DNA of 64,000 nt from Macrostomum hystrix (taxonomy: Eukaryota; Animalia; Platyhelminthes): assembly GCA_950097015.1 (NCBI GenBank), contig CATNEN010000038.1:33790001-33854000 (forward strand), read 5' to 3'. The notes below the pieces were generated by a model, which saw only the letters and a program-made list of their open reading frames with translations, was not told where the DNA came from and made no database searches. Below, one piece after another: positions 11,633 to 24,100 of the stretch (position 1 is the stretch's first letter; every line of letters starts with the position of its first letter). A program made the position numbers and the translations under genes.

Positions 11633-13981
11633 TGAAGTGGGTGGGTCTTTTACAAGCCGATGACCGCCCTCATGACAGATAGGAGTGTGGAAAAACGACG
11701 ATAGAGTCGGAGGTCGATCACGCTGCTGCCGCGAGTTGTCGCAGAGAGGGATGAGACGAAGGGAGGGATGAAGGGAGAGATGAAGGGAGAGATGAGGCGG
11801 TACAAAGGATGCAAGGAGTGGTTCTATTGGCCTCAGGCTGGCCAGTCCCACTCGTCCCATAGGCCACAGGCATGAACGCCGTGCCTACCCCTAGCAGTGC
11901 TCGAAACCGGCTAAAAGTCTAAGAAGAGGGTCGGACTGCCCGGAATCGGACAGGGCAGGGCTAACTAGTCTACTGCCGTCAGTAGCATGTAAGTAACTGA
12001 CTCCTAACCTTGGTAGCGGTGGTCGAAACGGCCCAGGCTCTTGTCACAGACATGCGGAAAGGCTATTGGCAAAGCGGAAAATGATCTCAGGTAGCGCCAC
12101 CACCCAATGCGCCTACGTTGCCACCGCAGACATTTGGGAACTTGGGTCCCCGGAGTACACAGCTCCTAGTTTATCACGCAGATCTAGACAAGCCGAAAAA
12201 TAGGGCATTCTGTAACTTCCGTTTTAGACTGGGGTGAGAGCCCCAGAATGGATCGAGACACGCCTCAAAAGGGGATTCCTGAAATTGCGCCACAGGGGTC
12301 TAGAGAGGTGGTACTAAGAACTCGAATAAAAGTCCATAGCCGGAATCCTACTCATGAAACATCAGGCACATTCTTTACATTAGACTGCAGCCTACACATT
12401 AGGTAACTACCAAATCCGAATCTGTGTGAGATGAGGAAATCAGAGGCAGGAGAGATTAAGCAGAACACTGGCTGAGTGATTGCGCAAGCGAAAGATTCTT
12501 AGATCATCACTCTCGCTCCCGTAGCCGCAGTCGCGAGAGGGGGATAGGGGAAAACTTCATTGGCAAGGGAGTTCGACACGCACACCGTTGAACCCTCCCA
12601 AGAGGAAAAAGGAAAACCGGCTAAGAATTCCCCCAACCCTCAGGAAAGAGATGCACATGCTTACGCTCCGCATTTTACCTGCAAATCCCTAGCTCCTCAT
12701 TACTCTTATGCGCGCTTACAATTGCCTTCCTGCCGCGGCCTTCAGCTCGGCATCACCAGAACCCGCCCCCCTAAGCGATTAGCCACTCATGATAGAGGGC
12801 TGTCTAACGATAAAATAAGAGCGAAAGAGAGATATAGTAAAAGGTTTAAGTTGGTTATAAAGATAGCCCAATAAGTTGAATGATGGCTGTAAATTAGATA
12901 GTTTATTAGGCTAAACAATTCCTAGCTCCCCTCCCACTAAGTGCCACCTAACTTAAGGTAAATTGTCCCTTAGGATTAACAATAATAAACCGCTGCGCGG
13001 ATTACTTAGCTGAACCTCGCCTGGCCGCGTGCTGCAGTCCCGTTGTTCTCGGGAAGAAAGGATGGGCAAAACAGTAAGGCAGAGGAGGGAAACTTCTGCG
13101 AGTTGGCAGGGGCCAACACACTGGGAGCTCAGAGGCTCAATTAGAGCTCACCTAAAGAGGTGGCTTGCGCTCAGGGGGAATAGGAACAGGCAATGGGCCT
13201 GCGCTAGCCGTGGAGCTCTGAGCTCTAGGGTCTAAATCCTAAGTGGATCTGGGGGGTAAGTCCTGGGTCCGGTGGGATCCCGGCCCGGCAAAGGCAAACC
13301 GGCAGGGAGAAGGGGAAGAGCCGGTGGGAGAAAAGAGGGTTCTGGCGGGAGCAGCGCAGCGCGCTTGCTTAAATAGGCCTTGCAGCACGCCAACCCCGAC
13401 ATCCATCAAAGCAACCCACATTCGCGCCCGCCTGTCAACGGGGAATCGAAGCGACGACAGGCCGCCCCAATTGCCCAATGAACCGACGGCGGGAAACGAC
13501 AGATGTTCTGCGCGAACAGCCGTCGGCAGTCAGCCAGCGATTGTTACTCCGCCGGGACAATGGGAAGCGCAGGCGCCGACCCGCCTACAGTGACATTTAC
13601 ATGTATCTAACAGGGAGGAGGTCATAAAGTCGAGCTGGACTCGAATACTGTAAAGAAGAGGGGACATGAAGAATTAATGATCACTCATAACGCCCGAGTG
13701 ATCCCCTATATCTGATCGCGGTTTGGAGGAGAATTATGACCTAAACTACTCGTACAATAAAAGTTATGGCCGCGATCAGTCATTCCTACGGGGGTCTAGA
13801 CAACTCCGGAGAAAGGGGATTCGGCAGCTACTTGATTCACCGCCGCCCAAAACCCGGCCCTACGATTAATGATCTTGTTTGTGACCAGCTGCTATGTGGG
13901 TCGCAATTATTAGCTACTTGAAAATTGAAAAATTATGCTGGCTCACATTCCCACTCGATTCCCGCAGCACACTCCACATCA
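11633..13981 (-). mobile_element. Solo LTR copy 2 (same family as 5823-8119)
   Basis: TG...CA ends with its own TSD CCTA (11629-11632 / 13982-13985). Confidence 0.8.
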
Positions 13982-15174
13982 CCTAGACCATTACAAGCAA
14001 ATTAAAAAAACATCCTATGGTTTGCATGGCTCATAAAGCTGCACAAAATCTATGATTATAAACGGAGCAGTCGTGTGCGATGTTCCTAAAAATTTTGCCT
14101 TACCGATTACGTGATTGTCTCAAAAGACGATAATGAAATAATCGAATATTATTTGATGGCTGACCCTTAATAAAGTTTATAATCTGTTAAACTTGTGTCT
14201 AAAAATAGAATAACCGATAAATTTGATGGCTTGAGCAATAAATGCAATGTAAACCTATTATGAAAGACCAGATAGATTTTATTTACTTCCTCAAAAGGCA
14301 AGTATGGAAGCCTCGCGAGGAGGCGCTGTCTAATAATATGCTAAATATTTCTTAAAATTCATAGATAAAAGTTTCTCAAAAAGAAAAAATATTTAAATAT
14401 AGCATACTTTTGTGCTGGCAAAACAGCCCTAAAAACAAAATGCAAACTACGAGCGTTACTATTCACAAAATTATATTACTTAACTCACCGTAACTATAAG
14501 CTGCAAATAAAGCTCAATCGACAGCTGCCACGAATGTAGATTAAACTTTTCAATTTGCATGAGGCTAGAATGCTCATCAGCTGCAAATTCAGATATGTCG
14601 AAACATAAATTTATATCGCTTTGTAAATTTGAATATCGCTGGTTTTAATTCGAAGTTTTCGTTTCTAAATTGAATATCGGGTGTGTTGAAACTAAATTGT
14701 ATAAGGTGTAGTCATAGTAAGTCATGCGTCAGTTTAAAACAAATAGACTAAGCTCACAAAGAAGAAATATTTAAATTTGCACCAACCGCAAACGAGAAGT
14801 TTTGAGTTTTGCATAACAGCCTCCATTCGGTATGGCAATGCTTAGAACAGTACTAAAAGATAAATATGTAATTTTATATAAAAAGCTAAATCTTGCAAAC
14901 GTAGGATTTTCCGAATGAATACGCAGAGTTTGATTTTTCTAAAAACCATACTTGGCAATCAACCATTAATGATAATATTTCTATTCTACAATAATAGAAA
15001 AACTAAAAAACTATAGCCACCTGTGCATGAAAAAGTCAATACAATAAAACGAGGATTTTGCAGTTTCATAATATTTTCAGTTTGTCTAGGTAAAAAAAAC
15101 TTTTGTTTTGAAATCATGGAAAACTGGGAAAATTAATGTAGTCGATCAGACACAAAAAATCGCGAGAGAAACGA

Positions 15175-18100
15175 TTAAGGCGTGTCCAACAACATGCAGG
15201 GAGTCACGTGACCAGCCGGCAAACTTTCCAGCCAATCAGATCGAGCCGGCAGGATTAGCAGGCCGGAGGCGGCCTGGCAGGAGAGCAGGCGACTGCTCAA
15301 CTGATTGCCGGTGCTCCATGCTACTGGCAAGTCGCCGCTGGTGTCACCGCCGCGAACGCCAGCTGTCCATTGCAGATTGCAGCGATGATATTCCGGCCGA
15401 GCATCCAATTTGATTTCCTGACCAAGCTGTGAAAAAAACATAAAATTTAGAAAAGGCAAAATATCCAATAATTTATAAAAAGTAGAAGCGAACCTTGACG
15501 CTAATTATAGCCCGGTTAGGCTCAGGCCAGCCAGCTAGCTTCCTGCAGGCCGGAACGACGTATAAATTTGCGGTGACGAATGCGCTAACAGGATTGCCAG
15601 GCAGGCCGAAGAATAGGGTTCGACGATCGCCGACAGACAGGGTGGCAAATGAAGTTGGCTTGCTGCGGGCCGAATTTAGTAGTTAAATGATTTCTTAGAA
15701 AGGTTTTTTAGAAATGAGAGACAAATGACCTTACAACATGCGTTGCAATGTAAATAAGTATATATACATTATAACCCTGATTAGCGAGATGTAAAGCAAA
15801 TAGCACAACCCCAGCTAAAACTCGACTTACCCTGGCTTCATGAGAACCTGAGCAAAATGAAGCGTGGCGTTAAAGTCTGTGGTTAGAACCTGCTTGACGA
15901 GATCCTAGAATAATTTTAGCAATTATTAATAAGATACTTAATAATGTACTTTGCGCCATAAAAAATGACCAAATTTTAGTATAACTTACCCTCTCGCCCA
16001 TAGAAACTCCGCCTGTTGTGACAACAACGTGGCACGCTTTGATGGCCTTTTCGAATGCGTTGACAAGGCAGTCGGCTCTGTAAAGTCAGTGGTCATGTAA
16101 GCAAGTGGCTAGCGAGTAAAATAGTAATTCAGCACTTACTTATCAGGAATGATGCCAAGATCAATCACAGGGAAGCCCTGGGAGGCCAACAGTGCCAAGA
16201 GGGTGGTTCGATTGCTGTCGCGAATTTTAGCTCCGTTGACACTGTCTTGGAAGGGCTCCATTAGCTGAAGGTATGAACCGAAACGACAGTAGCATTTTTA
16301 GATGTAGTTCGATCAAGGTGTTAATACAGTGGATTATTATTTTTTGTAGTGGATTTGGGTGCTCCAGTAGTCGATTAAGGTGTTTTTGGTATATTAAGGT
16401 GCTTCTTTTGTTTATTTGGGTGCTCCTGCAGTGAATTAATGTATTTCTGCAGTGAGTTAATGAGTTTCTGTATCTGATTTAGACGTTTCTGTATTTGGTT
16501 AAAGTTTTTTAGTGTAATAAATTCTGTAGTGTATTAATGAGTTTTTGTAGTTATTAATTGCATTTTTGTAGTAGATTAATGTATTTTTAAGTGGATTAAG
16601 GTACTTCTGTAGTGGATTTAGCATCCGACCAAAAAACTGACGAACAGAACGATATCAAAAGCGCACCTCGTTGCCTGTGGAAGCCACGCCAACCACTGGC
16701 AGCTGGTGCAAAGCCACCTGCGAGCAACCGATGGAGGCCAGAATGCCCAGCTCGCAGGGCCCGATGCGGGCGCCACTGTCAAGCACTTTAGCTCCAAAAG
16801 CAATGTCCGAGCCCACTGGCCGAATGTCCTGACCCTCCTTGGCCGGCTTCAGTACTTCAATAACTAGCTCCCGAGTAAGATCCGGGCTAGACTCAATCAG
16901 TGCGGTGTCCTCAACCTGAACCACGGCATCTGAGCCGCTTGGCACGGGGCCCCCGGTGCTGACCCTGATAGCGCAGTGGGATTGAAGTACAACAGACGCC
17001 TGAAACAAGAGGTGGGATCTTGTCTTACGAGTGTGGGATTATAGGCTGATGAAGTTACCTAATAATCTGTCAGCTTTAACTATTACAGCGCTAAGCCCGC
17101 TCACCTCATCACCAGCGGTGACAGCGTCAACAACGCGCCTGCGTCCGACTCCGTCGCAAGCTCGCACAGCGTAGCCGTCTTTAATTGAGGCGCGAAAAGG
17201 CGGCAATAGCTCTTTGGCAATCACATCCGCGGCTAGAATGCGACCCATTGCGCTAGTAGCTGTGCTAACATTCTCAGCTGGCAGTGGAGCAGCCTCATTA
17301 AGTACTTTAGCTACAGCCTCATCAACGCTGATTAACGGATAAGGCGATTGACGTGGCCGACTAGCGATGTGAGCCTCGTTGACAAGACTTTTAGTAAGGG
17401 CCTGCTGCAGCTGCTGATGAGACGAAGACGAAGAGGAGTGCTGGTGGTGATAATGATGCGCGTGACCGTGGTGATGAGCCTGCTGATCCGCTTCGTGGTG
17501 ATGATGCTGACGGTGCTTAGCTGCGGAATCATCCATGGAGTGTGTTGGTGCTTGGCGGAGTGAGGTGAATGTTTAAATTTAGTGGGCTAGGTGAATTAAA
17601 TTAGGAGGAGTGAGGTATATTTTTCCTGGAGTAAGGCGGGTGATTTTAGAGTGAGGTGGGTTTCTGAAGTAGCGAAGAAGTTGTTGCTGTTCGTTACAGC
17701 AACTGTTCTCACCTTGACCCGGATTCTGCATTTCGACATGCTCCGCTTTAACTTCAACAATTCGACCTTGCAGTTGTTTCACAGCGTGCAACAGTATCGG
17801 CTCCATCACAGCGAAGCATTCGCCAACCGCCTTCTGGCTGCCCGGCAGGTTGACGATGAGTGTGGAGCCGCGAATGCCAGAAATGCCACGAGACAACATA
17901 GCATACGGTGTAGCCTCCAGAGACTTCATCAGCACCGCAGTGGCCATGCCATCGGCGCGCTTATCCAGCACTCTGGCGGTTGCCTGTAACATCGCATGGC
18001 ATAGAGCACACATAGCTGTCAATTAACTAGGTCAAAAATATTCAGCTGGCAACAGCAACCCTTCTTATCTTAAAAAAATTTAACTGCATAGTAAATTTAC

Positions 18101-21100
18101 CTCAGGAGTGACATCGCGAGGTGTGAAGCCAGTGCCTCCAGTTGTAAAAATGATGTCACATTTGGTATCATCAGCAAAACTCCTCAATTGCTCCTTATAT
18201 GAACATGTATAAAGTGCTATAGTTAAGTTTACCATAACTCTTGAAATCTAAGACTAAAAGACAAAGACAAACATCACAAAATTAATTACCTCAATCATAA
18301 CAGACTCATCAGGAACAATAACAGTGAAAATACTGTCCTTATTTGCATGAAAACTGTGACTGTAATTATTTTTATGAAGAGAGAATAGAAAAAAATTTGC
18401 AATAACCTCTGAAAAACGAAACAAACACTATTAAAATTAATGGAGCCTTACCTATTACACAGCAATTTAAGCAGGTGTGGCCCACTTTTGTCAGCATGAG
18501 GACTATTGTAAGCAGTATCACTCACTGAAATGCAAGCAATTGAAGCAAGTTAATGTAACTACAAATAAGTTAATTAAAAAAATTTTTATATAAATCGTTC
18601 CTATGTGTGCCAATCTTGCCACTTCTTTGCCCACCAAGGATCAGGTTTTAGGATGTAATTTTGAAGACAAAAAGAAGTGCTGCAGACAACCTCAGTTTGC
18701 CAATGGCCCATCTCCCCATCTTCCGCAAAATATTATTTTAGTCCTATTTTAAAGTCATTTTTTACTATAAGTATCTTATGATTGTGCTGCTTTTAAAGCA
18801 ATTCCCAGATGCAAATTTAGATTTCAAGGCGCATCCAAGTTTACAAAAAATAGTTGCCAACATTTTCAAACTACAGATTTTTACTCCAATAACCCTATAT
18901 CCCTAGTTGTGCCTCTTCACAGTCTAATTGACAGCTATGTGTGTTCTTATTCCCTCTTCACCACTTCTGTGCACTGCACATATGCCACACTACAGTTTTC
19001 TCTTGTCTCACTCTGTTTTTTCACTGCACACAGTCACAGCAGCTTGTGCCACTTGTCCGAATACACACCTCTGATTTGTCCATTGCCAGTTAAAGTGCTT
19101 TCTAAAACATTCAGATAGTAGCTATCTTTGATACAATTACATTGTTTTGTTTTGCTCAAGTGCTTTCTACAACATTCAGATACTAGCTAACTCTGAAACA
19201 ATTACATTCTGCTGAAAACTAATCAAATTTTTCTTACTATTTAAACAACCCTAATTGGTTAACTGAGCCATGGGATAGATTAGCAAACCATTCTATTCAC
19301 TCTGCCTACCTTTGCCTATGTAAATTTCAACACTTTGCAACAATATAGTTTGCAATCAATCAATAAAACTACAATTAATTTTGCACACTGAGAGAATTCA
19401 TTTACATATTTCTATATCTTAGCTTAGCCCATACTCCCGAAGATGCTGTTTTTTGGGGAAAATTCTCGCGTGCAACAGGGTCTTGGGCAGTGATGGGCCG
19501 CGTGCACGGCGTGCAGCCGAGAGGCAGCAAATTTTTTTGGCGTGCGCTGCGCATAAAATTTTCCCGTGCAATGGTTTTGGTGTAAACTTTTAGAAGTTTA
19601 AACGGAATGTCTCACGATAACAAAACAATGTACTTAGTAATATTTTTGTATGTATAATAAAATAAAAAAGTTTTTTATGCTGTACAAACTTATAAAGCAT
19701 TTTAACTTATAATAAATACAAAACGTATAGTATTTTGTTTAACTGTTTTATTTTTCGCTTTCATTTGAAAGTGTGTCTTGTGTTCCTCTTTAATTCCTCC
19801 CACCACCACTGTTCACGTCCACCCTCTGTATTTTTCAGTTTTTGACGATTGACGCATGTTTAATACAAATATGGACAAATATGGACATGGTTCCGATTTT
19901 ATAGTTGTGTCGGAGTCGGATCACTCGGATGTAGATGCCGATGGTAATGGTTCAGGCTCCGAGTCCGACTCAGAGCAGGAGCAGGAGCAGGCGGAGCAGC
20001 CAGAGGCAGAGCCAGCTCTCGCAGCAGCAGCAGTCACACAGACACTCACACTCACTAGAGATAGAGACTCAACAGTGCCAAAGCAGATGCAGATGCAGGC
20101 GCAGCCACTAGGCCCACCACCAAGTCATCAAAATGGTAAGAAGGCACTGATCTATTCTATTATTCTATACAATAAAGTAAACTAATTATAATACTAATAC
20201 TTATACAATACATAACAATATAGTAAATACTAATTAATCTATTTTCTATATGATTTTCTAGTTTTTTATTCATATTTGAGAATTGTGATTTTGCTATTTT
20301 GCTATTTGCTATTTTGCTATTTTGCAAATATATGCTATATAGGCCCCTATGCTTTGTTATTTTGCTATTTTGCTATTTTGCTTTGCTATTTTTGCTATTT
20401 AGTATTAGTACTTAGTATTAGTATTAGTATTTGCTATTAGTATAGCTCCGCTCCCGTTTCCTGGAGCGGAGGTCTGTCGAGTTCCGGGTGGAGGACTACC
20501 CTACCCTGAAGGCCAGCATCGACAGCCTCCGTCCTGGTGGCAGCTATGCTGGTGTGCCGCTTCTGCAGGGCTGGCTCGTCGAGTCCCAGCCCCAGCGATC
20601 CGAGGAGAAGACGGTCCACTGGGTCGCTCGCGACATGGACGACGTGCAGGTCAGTCATAGGTCGTAGCATAGTTAAGTAGGATTAGTAGCGCAGAACTAG
20701 TTAATTTCAGGCTTATTGAACCCCTATGACCCAATACCACAGGAGGAGATTGTAGGCTTTGTACGAGCCCTGCACGCGAGCTTCGTGGCGCGCATGAAAA
20801 AAGGCACCCGCGCCGGCATCGGCATGGTGAAGCGCACTCCCACTGTTGCCATGGACGCAGCTGCTGCCGTGGAGCTTCTGGCACCGGAGGACGTTCTCCT
20901 GGCTGTGGAGGAATATACCGTGTCGCCCGAGGTTCAGCTCCTTGTGAAGCAGGCGTCAAGGTTTCCGCACCTGGAGCTGGCTGCCGGCCTCTCGCGCAGG
21001 TTCCTGGAGAAGTACGTGCGCGCAATTCACGAGGTCGTGCAGTCTGGGACCGGCCGGGATGACTGGCTGTCACCACCAGTCAATTGCGCCATTGTCGCCG

Positions 21101-24100
21101 TTAATGTTGTCGAAAGACCCGAGTCGAGCTGCGACCTTGGTCTGCACCTTAAGGTGAAGACGCAGTCCGGCAGCCACGTGGTGACGAGGCTCAACGAGGC
21201 AGCCGTGTACGCCTCAGCGTACAGCGACCCACGCTTTTACGGCGCCATCGGCCGCGAGGGATGTCGGCTCCTCGACTTCTCGCTCCATCGGGGTGGCAGC
21301 GGTATGTCAAATAGGTGTCTCTATCTTCTAGTGCTCGGTGCTCCCAAAGCTGCTTAGCAAATGGAATCTGTTTTTGGTTTGATGCTATGCCCTGTCCACA
21401 TTTTCCTCACAATCGCCCCCCCGGCCCCACCTCATTCTACAGAGGCGGTGGTGGAGTCTTTTTACTCCACAATGCGCTCCCTTCAGAGGCGGACGAAGCT
21501 GCGGTGGATGCTGCCACCGGTTGCCAGCAAAGACTGCGAACGCCTGCTTAAGAAGGCCGCCCGTTTATACTTTGACGGAGACACAGCACGTGGCGTCAAT
21601 CCCCACCGTGGTCCCTTCTTCAAGGACATCCGGGCTACCACGTACGACGTCAGCAAGGTGGTCGACAGAAGATCTTCTATGCACTCCCGCTGTCCATTCG
21701 TCGGCCGCTCAGAGGAGGTGGAAGTCGACAACGACAAGGAGGACGAGGACGTGTCTGACCGCCCCGCCCCTTATTAAGCGACCGTGACGTGGTTCATAAA
21801 AAGTGACTTGTGACGCAGTCATTTTTCTTAAATTTCGGAACGGCGTCATTTTTTTTTTGAAGAAAAAGTTGAGTATGCGTTTTTATCACGGAAAATTATA
21901 AATTTGAAAGCTTTTTGAGAGGCGCATCTTTCCATTGAAGGGTTTAGGTTGAAAATGCTTTGGCCTGGAGATATAGGGGTTTGAAAAAATGACGACACGG
22001 CCAAATTGTGACAGATATAAAGAAAAATGACGCGAAACGTAAAAATGACGACGTGACGCAGACGCAAAATTAAACAAAATAGTTTCTAATTCTTTCAACA
22101 TGCGCCGAAGAGATGTTGATATTTAAATGAACTTTGCATGTTTCTGCATTCTACTTGTGCATTTGTCTAAATCATGCTTAATAGTTGCATATGACTATCA
22201 AATCCAAAAGATTTCAAATTTGGTCCGACACTTTTTCACCCGATCAAGACGATCGGTACCTCTGGTGTTCTCTCTGTTCTGTCTGTGCAGTTTGTAATTA
22301 ACCCTGCGTGCTTTTTATTGCTTCGATGTCGTCGATTCTTTGTATTGAGTTTGCTGCGCATCGTGTTTTTGCTTTTCATCATAACTGGTACAATTAATTA
22401 CTATAATAGTGTGCCACTATATTTTCACTTACACTTGTCTTAAGTTATTTATTATTGTCTATTACCAAAAAAGTCGGGGAGAAAGCTGGATATTGTATTT
22501 TGTCTATACTAATCTGACAGGCAGCTAGTTTCAACCAAAGAGTATTGAGGTCGCCTAGTATAGAGTGCCAATAATGACGAAAATCTGAAGCCGATTTGTA
22601 GAATTTGTAGATTTGTAGATTTGTAGACCCACCCCCTCCGGTCACCAAGCTTTTTAGTCTATGGCACAAGTTGTGGCTAGAATGGTGCATTAAGCATACA
22701 TGGTATTCGTCCAGCTACATTAGCTACTTGTATTTTTCTATGTATACTCGTATTTCTGAGCTTTGGCTTTGTATTGGCTTTGTACACCATTCTAGCCACA
22801 ACTTGTGCCATAGACTAAAAAGCTTGGTGACCGGAGGGGGTGGGTGGATTCTAAAAATCGGCTTCAGATTTTCGTCCTTATTGGCACTCTATACTAGGCG
22901 ACCTCAATACTCTTTGGTTTCAACTTTCATGCTAAGTAAAATATTGGCATATGTTCAATGCTTTAATTTAAATTTCGAAGAATGTTGTGTAGACTATACT
23001 ATAGTGCATATATACATAGCCTATAGAAAATACTATCTATTGGCAAGCAAAAGAGAATGTTTAGCCAGACTTTTATTATATTAAAATAAATATTTGTTCT
23101 TTATTATTTTATCTTGCTTGAAAATATTAATGATTGAAGCTTAGAAGCTAATTATGTTTATGAAGCCATTGAAGCTTTGCTCTTATATTTAGGTCTTTGG
23201 CCAAATTATTATAATTTATTTTGGATAGAAAAGTATTTTAGCTCTATTGCTATCTTCTAAATAGAGCTATAGAGCTCTAGACATTTGACAATGTCTATAT
23301 ATACTATAAACATTCATATTTGGATAGCATATATTATATGATAGCTTTGGTTTACATGAATAGTCTTTTATATGGGCTTTATATAAAACTGTTTATCTAT
23401 ATTGAGTATGCCATATGTATAGTCATATTCATTAAACTATTTTGAATTTAAATTTGCTCCAAAATCATTTAGTCTATTTGTACTACTATATGCCAATAAA
23501 ATATCAATCTAAATGCCTTATTATTAGAGGATTAAAAGGAAGACTAAGATGCATTGCCAACATAAAATATGGATATTAGAAAATAGTTTTTACCATATAA
23601 GATGCAAAAATAGACATAGTGAGATTTTAGTACAAATTTTAACTTGAAGTAGCTTAACAAATGGAACCATGCATATGCCTTGAGAATTTCCAATGATAAA
23701 ATTAGAGGATAATGGCTAATATAATATTTTCTATTTTTATCACTTTGTTTTATATCATTCTTTTTATATATATTATATATCATATTCATTATATTGCATT
23801 TAGAAAACTCATTAAAGAAAGCATATTCAAAATAAAAAGGATATCTTATAAATATTGGTGCCAATTTTAAACACTTTCTACAAAGCTAAGCTTATGGTAG
23901 AACAATGCCTCAACTATCATAAGACTTTTAAAAACTATCTTATTCTCAAAGCATTTGTAAATTGAAATTTCATGGAATTATTTGTTTATTATTATTTCAA
24001 ATAAGATTTATATGCCATTAACTAATTTATATTCTAAAATAATATTATTAATCAAACTAATTATAATGCTTTTTATATTGCCCAATTTGTATCTATGGCT

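Noticed and set aside
5823-13981. One full LTR retrotransposon with two LTRs and an internal region
   Set aside because: Each repeat has its own TSD, and the interval holds Harbinger/CACTA sequence rather than gag-pol.
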